DNA of 14,202 nt from a virus, in the UHGV virus genome UHGV-0304018. The stretch is one strand, 5' to 3'. The position numbers were made by a program, and so were the translations under genes. Below, piece by piece: positions 7,003-14,176 of the stretch (position 1 is its first letter; each line of letters starts with the position of its first letter). The notes below the pieces were generated by a model. It was not told where the DNA came from, did no database searches, and worked only from the letters and a program-made list of their open reading frames with translations.

Positions 7003-7457
7003 AAGTCCGGTGCACCATAGACAAGCGCATGATGGATAAGCTGCATAAAGAGCTCTCACAGATGGAAGGTGTAGCGGTTGGCTGGGATGACGGGAAACAC
7101 TATAGCGGCCTGAATTACGCCACACTGGCGGCTATCCACTCTGAGGGGTGGGGTGATTTGCCTAAGCGCTCATTTATGGAGTCTGCCCACGCTGCAATGC
7201 TCTATGAGAGCCTGAGACACACAAAAGCCCTGATTAATGCAATCGTAAAGGGTGGGAGCTCTGAGGCCGTCAGAAAGCGAATTGGCAAGCGATACGCCGA
7301 CATTTTGGAGACTATCCTGATTAGTGGGCAATTCAGCAATAACAAGGTTTCCCCACAATGGGCAAGCTATAAAGGCTTCAATGATGCAATGCGCCACTAT
7401 GATGATTTGATCGGTGCAATCAAATACTGGGTAGACATAGACAAGAAAGGGGCCTGA
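6999..7457 (+). CDS. Putative head-tail joining or tail-completion protein, 152 aa (HK97 gp10-like)
   Basis: ORF track; motif HSEGWGDLPKRSFMES matches the P-x-R-x-F signature I associate with that family; size ~150 aa. Recalled from memory, not searched. Confidence 0.75.
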   Translation: MKVRCTIDKRMMDKLHKELSQMEGVAVGWDDGKHYSGLNYATLAAIHSEGWGDLPKRSFMESAHAAMLYESLRHTKALINAIVKGGSSEAVRKRIGKRYADILETILISGQFSNNKVSPQWASYKGFNDAMRHYDDLIGAIKYWVDIDKKGA

Positions 7458-7470
7458 TAGCCCCTCTCTC
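7449..7470. terminator. Possible bidirectional terminator between convergent genes
   Basis: Hairpin ggggc-ctgata-gcccc overlapping the stop of 6999..7457, with T-rich sequence on both strands. Confidence 0.4.
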
Positions 7471-7475
7471 TGAGA

Positions 7476-7625
7476 TTAGATAAACTGGGATAATTCCCGC
7501 ACAAGCTTTATCTCCTGCCGTTCCTTCTGCTTCTCTTCTAACCATTTCCGGCCTTCTTCAGTCTTGAGAAACTTGCGAGCGTGAATCTTGCGGTTATTTC
7601 GCTTAATGGCATTGGCATTCTTCAT
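7476..7625 (-). CDS. Small very basic protein, 49 aa (MKNANAIKRNNRKIHARKFLKTEEGRKWLEEKQKERQEIKLVRELSQFI)
   Basis: Hand translation; below the ORF-track cut-off; SD AAGGGG before the ATG; candidate promoter just upstream; its start context is nearly identical to that of the membrane-protein gene. Confidence 0.5.
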   Translation of the reverse strand: MKNANAIKRNNRKIHARKFLKTEEGRKWLEEKQKERQEIKLVRELSQFI

Positions 7626-7659
7626 AGTGTCACCCCTTCTTATGACCTGCTACGCCTAC

Positions 7660-7688
7660 ATTATAGCCAAAATCCTGAATTCAGACAA
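7660..7688 (-). promoter_or_regulatory. Candidate leftward promoter: TTGTCT, 17-nt spacer, TATAAT
   Basis: -10 is rc of 7660..7665 and -35 is rc of 7683..7688; about 27 nt upstream of the start of the 49-aa ORF. Confidence 0.5.
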
Positions 7689-8085
7689 TAGAACTCTTTT
7701 TGATGCCGTGTTGGTGGTAAGGAGAAACACTAGCATCATTTAGGGGTTTTCAGGTTTTCATGTAGATCAGCTTTATCAGGTACCTGCTTATATTCCGGTG
7801 CGGTGAAACCGTGTGGGCATCTCTTAGTTTTGGCTTATCACTTATTGCCGGGTAAGAGAGCAGAACCACCAACGTTTGCCTGTTTATCACCTTGGTTAGG
7901 GTGAGGCCGCATCAAGCCCAGTGCTCTACAAGATACTCCAGATCATAGACGCTTATTTTCTCTTAGAGGTCGCGTTAACCTCTGGGATCTGTTTCCACTG
8001 ATGAATATAAAACAAACGGTATGAATGATCAAACGTGAACAGAAAGAGAGTTGACTTTCTCTCTGCAGATGATCACACTTGCCAG

Positions 8086-8097
8086 GCGAGAAGTTGA
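8086..8097. repeat. Third copy of the 12-nt core gcgagaagttga
   Basis: Read directly; lies 3' of the tape-measure gene, overlapping a possible rightward terminator hairpin (agcccc-N19-ggggct followed by ttttatt, 8097..8130). Confidence 0.5.
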
Positions 8098-8142
8098 GCC
8101 CCAAAGGATGACAAATCCCGAGGGGCTTTTATTATCAACCAG

Positions 8143-10284
8143 TTAGAAAAGCTGATTAGCTTCCTGTGTGGCTTTCCAATCCAGCTGATCGCTGACTTCC
8201 TTCTGGATCACCCTGGCAATTCCCCCCTCATCAATGGTTATCTCCCACTTGCCGGAGATCTCACCCTGCGGAACTACACTGATTTGAGTCGGCTGATAGC
8301 CTCCATTCTGAATAGCAATACCACCCGTTGGTGTTGGTCTGGTAATGTAGCGTCCTGCGTCCAGACGATAATCAAGGCCAAGGAAGCTAGAAGCACTATT
8401 AACCATACTGGTTAACCATTCAGGATGTTTAGCTCCTTCCTGCCGCTGATTATCAGGATTCTGCCAGTAGGAATCTAAGCTATTTGCAATGTCAAATCCT
8501 GTCAAAACAATCCCTGCCGGACCTGCAAATCTTCCTCCAAGTCTGCCTGCTTTCCCGATAAAGCCGCCTCTACCTGGTCTGCCTTTGCCTGCTGTGCCTC
8601 CAGTGCTGATATCACCAACACCGACTAAAGCACTAAGCGCCGCTTTAAGTTTCCACAGCATGGAAATAAGGCCGCCAACCATGCCAGCAATGCTTGTTGC
8701 AACCTTCAGGCCTAACAGGGCGGTCACAACCTGGCCAATCTTCTCGCCTGCATCCTGTGCGGTCCAGCCTAACGTCTCACCAATGCCTTTGGCGATCTTC
8801 TTAGTCCACCACCAAGCCCAGTTGACCCAAAAATAAATTTCATGCATTGCCTCGCCTAACATAACTCCGAGAGATTTGGCATCTTCACCTGAGCTACTGA
8901 AAATTGAGGATAAATCTTCAAAGATATAAATAAGGGATTCTGACAGGGTAATGACGCCATCCGCAGGATCCACAACACCCATAAAGGATTGCTTTAGTTT
9001 AAAAAACTGGTTGCTCATTCTCTGCAGTGCCACTTCAGGCTGTTGCATAGATTTAGCAAAAGCGTCAGTTTCTTTTGCAGCACCCCAGATTTTCACTAGA
9101 GAGGGAAGAAGCTTGTCCAGGGTGATTTTGCCATCTGCCATGGCTTTATCGAATTCCTGGGCACTCTTGATGATTCCGGCATCAATAGCGGCCTGTTGAA
9201 AATCCTGTTGTGAGCCTGCAAAGGCTTCTGACAGCTGGCCACGCAGCTCTTCCGCAGCTACTCTTCCTTTTGAAGCCATTTGTTGGACCGCAACAAGCGC
9301 CCTGTTCTGTTGCTCGCCAGTAGCACCCACTGAGCGGCCTTTAATCGCCATAGCCTCAAAAAGAGCCTGCTTATCAGATTCCTTCATGGTGGGAGTAGCG
9401 GCAGCAAAACGCATATAGCCACCCTCCATCTCACGCTGATCCATCCCGTAGGTGTTGGCTGTGTTCTCGATAAAAGCCATCTGCTGGTCAGTCTTGGCTT
9501 TATCATCCTTGTTCTGAGCAAGCAAACCATAATAGGCTGAGTTATGGTCAGATTGAGCGCTCATAGCACCACTAACAGCTCTCTGAATACCCCATCCTGC
9601 AGCGGTCAGGCCAATGGCTATCTTGCCTAAAGCACTGTTAAGCTTGCCGATATTGTTATGCACCTTGCTCGCACCTGCTGCCAGTTTATCTAGCTTGCTT
9701 TGAAAGGTGGTGGCATCTCTAGAGGCCATCTTCATTTCAGCTCTGAGTCGGGCCATTTTCTGATTATAGGTCTGCAGGTTAATAGCCCCTTTAGCATAAT
9801 CAGCATTAACTCTCTGGATTCTGCTTTGGAACTGAGCAACCAGGGATCCATCAAACATGCTGCTGATTCGTGCACTGTTGGCCCCTACACGTGCTTTTCT
9901 GTGCTGAACATCTCCAACACTACGATCTAACAGTTTTTGTTGTCTGGCGGCTTCTCTGGCTTGTTGTTGGTAGAACTTGCGCATAGAGTTAAGTTCGGCA
10001 TTGTTGCCCCCGGTCAGACGGCTGACAGCCTGAGCACGTTGTTTCTTCTGTGCTTCCTGTTGTTTCCTCTGAGCTCTGGCTATCTGCTCTTCCACCTTAG
10101 CGCGTGTTCTTTGTGTTCTGAGCACAGCCTGATTAGATTTAAAATCAGCTTTAGCTATATCGTCGGTAGCTTTCTTCCAGGATTTTTTATAATCCTCAAG
10201 CCGTTTAACTTCTTTTCGCCAGGAGGATTTATCAGAGTCCCAGTAAATAACGTTTGTTAGTCTGGCTACTTCCTTCATTGCCAT
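8143..10284 (-). CDS. Tail tape measure protein, 713 aa
   Basis: ORF track; charged coiled-coil-like N-terminal third, central region with the conserved core recalled for tape-measure proteins (GRVAAEELRGQLSEAF), and hydrophobic and Gly-rich segments near the C-terminus; SD GAGG before the ATG. Confidence 0.85.
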   Translation of the reverse strand: MAMKEVARLTNVIYWDSDKSSWRKEVKRLEDYKKSWKKATDDIAKADFKSNQAVLRTQRTRAKVEEQIARAQRKQQEAQKKQRAQAVSRLTGGNNAELNSMRKFYQQQAREAARQQKLLDRSVGDVQHRKARVGANSARISSMFDGSLVAQFQSRIQRVNADYAKGAINLQTYNQKMARLRAEMKMASRDATTFQSKLDKLAAGASKVHNNIGKLNSALGKIAIGLTAAGWGIQRAVSGAMSAQSDHNSAYYGLLAQNKDDKAKTDQQMAFIENTANTYGMDQREMEGGYMRFAAATPTMKESDKQALFEAMAIKGRSVGATGEQQNRALVAVQQMASKGRVAAEELRGQLSEAFAGSQQDFQQAAIDAGIIKSAQEFDKAMADGKITLDKLLPSLVKIWGAAKETDAFAKSMQQPEVALQRMSNQFFKLKQSFMGVVDPADGVITLSESLIYIFEDLSSIFSSSGEDAKSLGVMLGEAMHEIYFWVNWAWWWTKKIAKGIGETLGWTAQDAGEKIGQVVTALLGLKVATSIAGMVGGLISMLWKLKAALSALVGVGDISTGGTAGKGRPGRGGFIGKAGRLGGRFAGPAGIVLTGFDIANSLDSYWQNPDNQRQEGAKHPEWLTSMVNSASSFLGLDYRLDAGRYITRPTPTGGIAIQNGGYQPTQISVVPQGEISGKWEITIDEGGIARVIQKEVSDQLDWKATQEANQLF

Positions 10285-10285
10285 T

Positions 10286-10522
10286 TTATACCTCGCCCTG
10301 TCTTAAAGATTTTGATAATGAAATAGCCCTTTTCAGGGCCTCTTTATCAATATTATATTTCTCCGCCAGCTCTTCGATTGAGAGGCCTTCTGTGTGGGAG
10401 CTACTTTTAATAATGGTGGACCCCTCTTTCGCTGCCTCTGGCAGGTGACCTATTGTCACCCCTTCGGGCGTGTCTTCGGAGTCCTTAACCAGTTTTTGAT
10501 AAATCTTTTCGTAGATATTCAT
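10286..10522 (-). CDS. Hypothetical protein, 78 aa, immediately upstream of the tape-measure gene
   Basis: ORF track; SD AAGG 8 nt before the ATG; stop is 1 nt from the tape-measure ATG. A tail-assembly-chaperone role is inferred from position only. Confidence 0.7.
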   Translation of the reverse strand: MNIYEKIYQKLVKDSEDTPEGVTIGHLPEAAKEGSTIIKSSSHTEGLSIEELAEKYNIDKEALKRAISLSKSLRQGEV

Positions 10523-10523
10523 A

Positions 10524-10913
10524 TCATTTGCCTTTGCGTCTTAGTGGACACTTATCGCCAATAGTCCACACAAAAATATAATGGCGCTTGCTTTCAGCTT
10601 TAGGATTTAATAATTCTTTATGCAAATATCCGGCTGACAGCATTTTATCGACCAGGTTTTTCACTCTTTGCCCTTCCTCAAATGTTTGTGCTTTGAAATA
10701 GAGATTTGGAAAGTTTTGGCCTGTATACTTTCCATCTTCATTTAAGCGGGTGCATACCCAACGACATAAATCATCGTCGTTAAGATCACTAACGTGTGGT
10801 TTATCATCGCTGCTAAATAACGCCTGTTTAAAATGGGAGTAACTAAACTCCCCTTCTTCCAGGAAATCACCCTCTTCGAATTCAACTATCATTTCTTCAA
10901 TATTCATAGGCAT
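10524..10913 (-). CDS. Hypothetical protein, 129 aa, acidic N-terminus; possible tail assembly chaperone by position
   Basis: ORF track; compact gene spacing. Confidence 0.75.
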   Translation of the reverse strand: MPMNIEEMIVEFEEGDFLEEGEFSYSHFKQALFSSDDKPHVSDLNDDDLCRWVCTRLNEDGKYTGQNFPNLYFKAQTFEEGQRVKNLVDKMLSAGYLHKELLNPKAESKRHYIFVWTIGDKCPLRRKGK

Positions 10914-10967
10914 ATCCTCTCATTGATGCACCCCCCAAAAAATGGGGAGTGCTTATTTATCAATAGC

Positions 10968-11411
10968 TTAATCAAGATTAACCAGTTTGAGAGGTTTGAC
11001 AGCTTGGAGCATGGTCTGCATCATTCCTACGCTTATTTCAAAGAGATCTGCCATGTTCTGAAGGCTTGCCCCTTCTGCCTCAATCATTGATTTGGATAAG
11101 GCAGCAATCACAAAGCCATCCTGGGCGCTGTTCCACATGCTGATAAGAGGATCATCACCGTGTTGGCGCATAAGGTCCTGAATCATCCACAGCCTACATG
11201 CCATAACCACCAAATCGACATAGAAAACATCACCATTAGCGGACTTGCATTCAGCAAAAGCGTGGTGTCTGTGTTTTAAGAAGTGCTCTTTGTCACGGGT
11301 AAATGCCAGGGTGTTGGTAAACTTGCCATCTAAAAGATCCTGGCGAACTTTTGAATCTTCAGCGTCGAAAGCTTTGATTACCTGGGATAATAATTTAGCG
11401 ATTTGAGACAT
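10968..11411 (-). CDS. Hypothetical protein, 147 aa
   Basis: ORF track; AGGA 7 nt before the ATG. Confidence 0.75.
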   Translation of the reverse strand: MSQIAKLLSQVIKAFDAEDSKVRQDLLDGKFTNTLAFTRDKEHFLKHRHHAFAECKSANGDVFYVDLVVMACRLWMIQDLMRQHGDDPLISMWNSAQDGFVIAALSKSMIEAEGASLQNMADLFEISVGMMQTMLQAVKPLKLVNLD

Positions 11412-11484
11412 TTGGAATTCCTTAAATTAGAGCCCCGGAAGGGGTTAAAGTGAGTCGAAAATAAATAAATCGAAGAGATAAAAC

Positions 11485-11973
11485 TTAGGCTTTCTGGGCC
11501 ATTGCTTTCTGGACTTTATTTCTATGGCGGCGGTAGATGAATATAAATTCGCGATAAGCACGACTACCGGGCTTAGGCAAACGTTGATTAAGCTCCTTAC
11601 GTGGCAGGATTTCACTCAACAAGCCCCAGATATGAAAGCAGGTTACTTTTAATTCTTTTGCTATCTCTTCAATATTCATCCCACAATTCCACATTAAAAG
11701 AGATTTGCGGCGGCGATCTTCGAAGACATTTCTATCTCTATCTATTTCGTTGTAGACACTGAGGGGAACTCGACACCGTGGATTCCAGGACTCATTATAT
11801 AGTTTTTGGACTTTCTCAAGTTTAACGCCTGTATATTCCGCCACGAATTCAGGGGTAAAGCCCTCGACTAATAAGTGTTTAGCCTGTCGTGTTGGTTGAT
11901 CATCACTGGGGAGATATTTCTGCAGTGCTACCAGTTTTTCAAATTGGGAATCAGAAAGATCAGATTTGAACAT
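11485..11973 (-). CDS. DNA-binding protein, 162 aa, with a sigma70 region-4-like HTH; candidate late-gene activator or small-terminase-like protein
   Basis: ORF track; RRKSLLMWNCGMNIEEIAKELKVT follows the region-4 pattern (R-x-hydrophobic-L-x4-G-x3-EEIA-x2-L-x-V); GGAGA 7 nt before the ATG. Confidence 0.75.
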   Translation of the reverse strand: MFKSDLSDSQFEKLVALQKYLPSDDQPTRQAKHLLVEGFTPEFVAEYTGVKLEKVQKLYNESWNPRCRVPLSVYNEIDRDRNVFEDRRRKSLLMWNCGMNIEEIAKELKVTCFHIWGLLSEILPRKELNQRLPKPGSRAYREFIFIYRRHRNKVQKAMAQKA

Positions 11974-12071
11974 GATTAATTCTCCGAACGTTTAAAAGAT
12001 CAGGGCAATCAATCTAGTTCTAGTGCTTAGTTTGTTTATTTAGTTTGTTTGGGGATAACAGGGGATATTAA

Positions 12072-12218
12072 TTAATAAGGGATGTCAGAATCATTTTCTT
12101 CATCTGCTGGATCTTCAGCTAACCAACCACAATATTCTTCCCAATATGAAAAATGTTGTGATAGTTCATCTTCAAAATATTTTTCCTTTTCCAGGTAATA
12201 ATCAAGATCGCCATACAT
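12072..12218 (-). CDS. Small strongly acidic protein, 48 aa (MYGDLDYYLEKEKYFEDELSQHFSYWEEYCGWLAEDPADEENDSDIPY); candidate DNA mimic or anti-defence protein
   Basis: Hand translation; below the ORF-track cut-off; AGGA 8 nt before the ATG; 16 acidic versus 2 basic residues. Confidence 0.5.
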   Translation of the reverse strand: MYGDLDYYLEKEKYFEDELSQHFSYWEEYCGWLAEDPADEENDSDIPY

Positions 12219-12257
12219 TTTAAATTTCCTTTAGAATACTGTAAAAAATAAGAATGT

Positions 12258-13121
12258 TTATTTTGTAATGGTTAATTCGCCTTTTACAAGCTTGCAGTTG
12301 TTCCACAATCTTTCTTTCGGGGCATCATAGCCATGACTAATATAATCGATGATAATTGTTTTACCTCTTTTAGCTACATGTTGAGCCACCTTAAGGGCCT
12401 GTTCTGTTAAATGCCAATAATCATCTTCTTTCCAGATTCTACCCTCAACGGTGCCTTTAATTTTATCCATCACCTCCGGCCCGTAAAATGCATCTCGCAA
12501 TTCAGAGAGTTTAATGCTCTTCCGATCCTTAAATGTTGCCTGAATCCCTTTGTATTTGGCGTTCATCTCATCACTTGTCAGAATCGGATAACCGTGCTCA
12601 TCTTTCTCACGTTTGCCAGCGTCTCTAAAGCGCTCTCTGCGCTCGTTCTTAGGTTGGGTAGGCAATTGCACCACCTCGGCCTTTTTAGCTTGCTGTGTGG
12701 GTTGTTTTGGGGCTTCCTGTTGATTATCGGGGGCCTCTTTACTAGATCCCACACTGTCGGAGGTTTTAATACCCTGCTCATCACACATCTTGCCAAGCTG
12801 ATCAGGGGTAATTAGCAGTTTGTAATGATTAGATTTGCCTTTACTTTTAACTATTGAAATAAGCCCGGCATTTTCTAGAGATTTAATCGAGTTAATAACT
12901 GTCGGTCTTGAAACATCATAATCGTCTGCTAATCTCTGTTCAGAGATAAATATTTCACAACCTGCAGCATTAAAACTTGCCATCTCACCGTAAATTGTCA
13001 TTTCCAACAAGTTTAAGTGAAATCTTTCTTTATTGGTTGTAGTTTTTGCAATCGGATTTTTAAAAATGTATTTGATGAAACGTTTAAAAAGGGGAGTAAA
13101 ATTTTCCCCGTAATTACTTGC
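12258..13121 (-). CDS. Winged-helix DNA-binding protein, 287 aa (N-terminal wHTH, low-complexity linker, C-terminal domain); replication-initiator-like or antirepressor-like
   Basis: ORF track ORF 12258..13181, start re-placed at the internal ATG at 13121 (GGGGGA site 4-5 nt upstream), which removes the overlap with 13138..13353; wHTH-like segment ISEQRLADDYDVSRPTVINSIKSLENAGLISIV. Confidence 0.75.
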   Translation of the reverse strand, partial: ASNYGENFTPLFKRFIKYIFKNPIAKTTTNKERFHLNLLEMTIYGEMASFNAAGCEIFISEQRLADDYDVSRPTVINSIKSLENAGLISIVKSKGKSNHYKLLITPDQLGKMCDEQGIKTSDSVGSSKEAPDNQQEAPKQPTQQAKKAEVVQLPTQPKNERRERFRDAGKREKDEHGYPILTSDEMNAKYKGIQATFKDRKSIKLSELRDAFYGPEVMDKIKGTVEGRIWKEDDYWHLTEQALKVAQHVAKRGKTIIIDYISHGYDAPKERLWNNCKLVKGELTITK

Positions 13122-13137
13122 CATAATTCCCCCATAA

Positions 13138-13353
13138 TTATTTATTAATGTTATTGGTGTATTTAGCCAGTTCCCGCTCAAGGCGAATGCAATTTAGTTT
13201 TAAAATTGCTTCTTCAATGTGTGGATATTCTCCTTTATGTTTACGAATGAATGCATAAACGGAAGTTTTGCGGAAGTTCCCCTTAAGTACGTTCTCGACG
13301 ATTTCGTCAGTAGTCCAGTTTACCAGCTGGCTGATCGGTCCGGTTTTAGCCAT
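13138..13353 (-). CDS. Small hypothetical protein, 71 aa; possible regulator
   Basis: ORF track; perfect AGGAGG site 8 nt before the ATG. Confidence 0.75.
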   Translation of the reverse strand: MAKTGPISQLVNWTTDEIVENVLKGNFRKTSVYAFIRKHKGEYPHIEEAILKLNCIRLERELAKYTNNINK

Positions 13354-13486
13354 AGTATAAGCCTCCTGTTAGCTCACTAACCTGTGCGATATATGATTAA
13401 AAAGAAACGGGAACTTAAGACAAGCCCCCGCCAGTCTACTAAAGGAAATTCACTATGATGAGAATTACCCTATGCTTTATATTTTA

Positions 13487-13636
13487 TCAGACATTCGTCA
13501 AATTGTCAACAATCTTTTTGTATTTATCTATCATTTTTTCTTCAAGATTGTCGATTGCAGTTACTCCGGCTATGTAGGCAACACCGCACCACAGTACAGC
13601 CAGGTTGATGATCGCTATTGCATCAGTAATTTCCAC
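13487..13636 (-). CDS. Possible small single-TM protein, 49 aa, GTG start; its start lies inside the conserved 110-nt repeat block
   Basis: Hand translation (VEITDAIAIINLAVLWCGVAYIAGVTAIDNLEEKMIDKYKKIVDNLTNV); GGAGG 5 nt before the GTG; competes with a probably spurious plus-strand ORF 13472..13672. Confidence 0.35.
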   Translation of the reverse strand: MEITDAIAIINLAVLWCGVAYIAGVTAIDNLEEKMIDKYKKIVDNLTNV

Positions 13637-13671
13637 ATTGACCTCCGGATCTGTTTCTCCCCCTATTTATA

Positions 13672-13700
13672 ATCTTATCATATTGTCAACCAATTGTCAA
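13672..13700 (-). promoter_or_regulatory. Candidate leftward promoter inside the conserved 110-nt repeat block (copy B)
   Basis: Same TTGACA / 17-nt / TAAGAT arrangement as copy A, upstream of the small ORF 13487..13636, which has a GGAGG ribosome-binding site. Confidence 0.35.
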
Positions 13701-13914
13701 TGAGAATTATTATCATTTAGGTGTGCTATAGGTGCCATAGCCTGCACAGCAGACACAAGCAAGCCCACAAGGGAGGGCACTTTTTGCCTTAAGCGCTCTA
13801 AAATCGATTCTAACGCGATTTAGAGGTCAGGTAATGCAATTGCACTACTCACACTAGTTAATGCAGCCAGAAGGCCATTTAGGGGGCTTATTTTCGATTT
13901 ATGAGTGTATCCTT

Positions 13915-13933
13915 TATATATGTGTGCGTGCAC
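13915..13933. repeat. 19-nt alternating purine-pyrimidine tract (tatatatgtgtgcgtgcac) in repeat copy B
   Basis: Read directly; followed by the palindrome cccgcgcggg. Confidence 0.8.
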
Positions 13934-14089
13934 CCGCGCGGGAGACTCTTTGCTGCCTCCTTCCGGCGCTGGCAAGCTTTCGGCAGCGGTCCACATGTGG
14001 GCCTCATGCTGACGCATTCGCCGGACCACACACAGACCCGAAGGGCTTAGCCATGGGCTAAGGTGCCGTAGGCACTCCCACACACAATT

Positions 14090-14124
14090 GGGTGACGTGT
14101 CATGTATGGAATACATTGTCACCC
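14090..14124. promoter_or_regulatory. Same GGGTGAC-N21-GTCACCC palindrome (copy B)
   Basis: Identical to 507..541. Confidence 0.5.
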
Positions 14125-14137
14125 CCACACACATATT

Positions 14138-14176
14138 GCCTAAAGAGTCGCTAATGCTCTTTAGGCTTTCATTTGT
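14138..14176 (+). terminator. Rho-independent terminator, rightward (copy B)
   Basis: Identical 10-bp stem, 9-nt loop and T-rich tail as 607..645. Confidence 0.6.

Noticed and set aside
8489-10448. Plus-strand ORFs antisense to the tape-measure and neighbouring genes (8489..8836, 8951..9199, 9700..9930, 9937..10260, 10254..10448)
   Set aside because: Fully embedded antisense to a long, well-supported gene; Pro/Leu/Ser-rich products typical of antisense frames.
10286-10913. Programmed frameshift between the 129-aa and 78-aa ORFs (tail chaperone G/GT style)
   Set aside because: The 78-aa frame is +1 rather than -1 relative to the 129-aa frame, has a stop only 7 codons upstream of its ATG, no slippery heptamer is visible, and it has its own ribosome-binding site; independent initiation is simpler.
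13820-14134. ORFs 13861..14061 (+) and 13820..14134 (-) inside repeat copy B
   Set aside because: No counterpart in copy A, overlapping on opposite strands, no ribosome-binding sites; most likely artefacts of GC-rich structured DNA.
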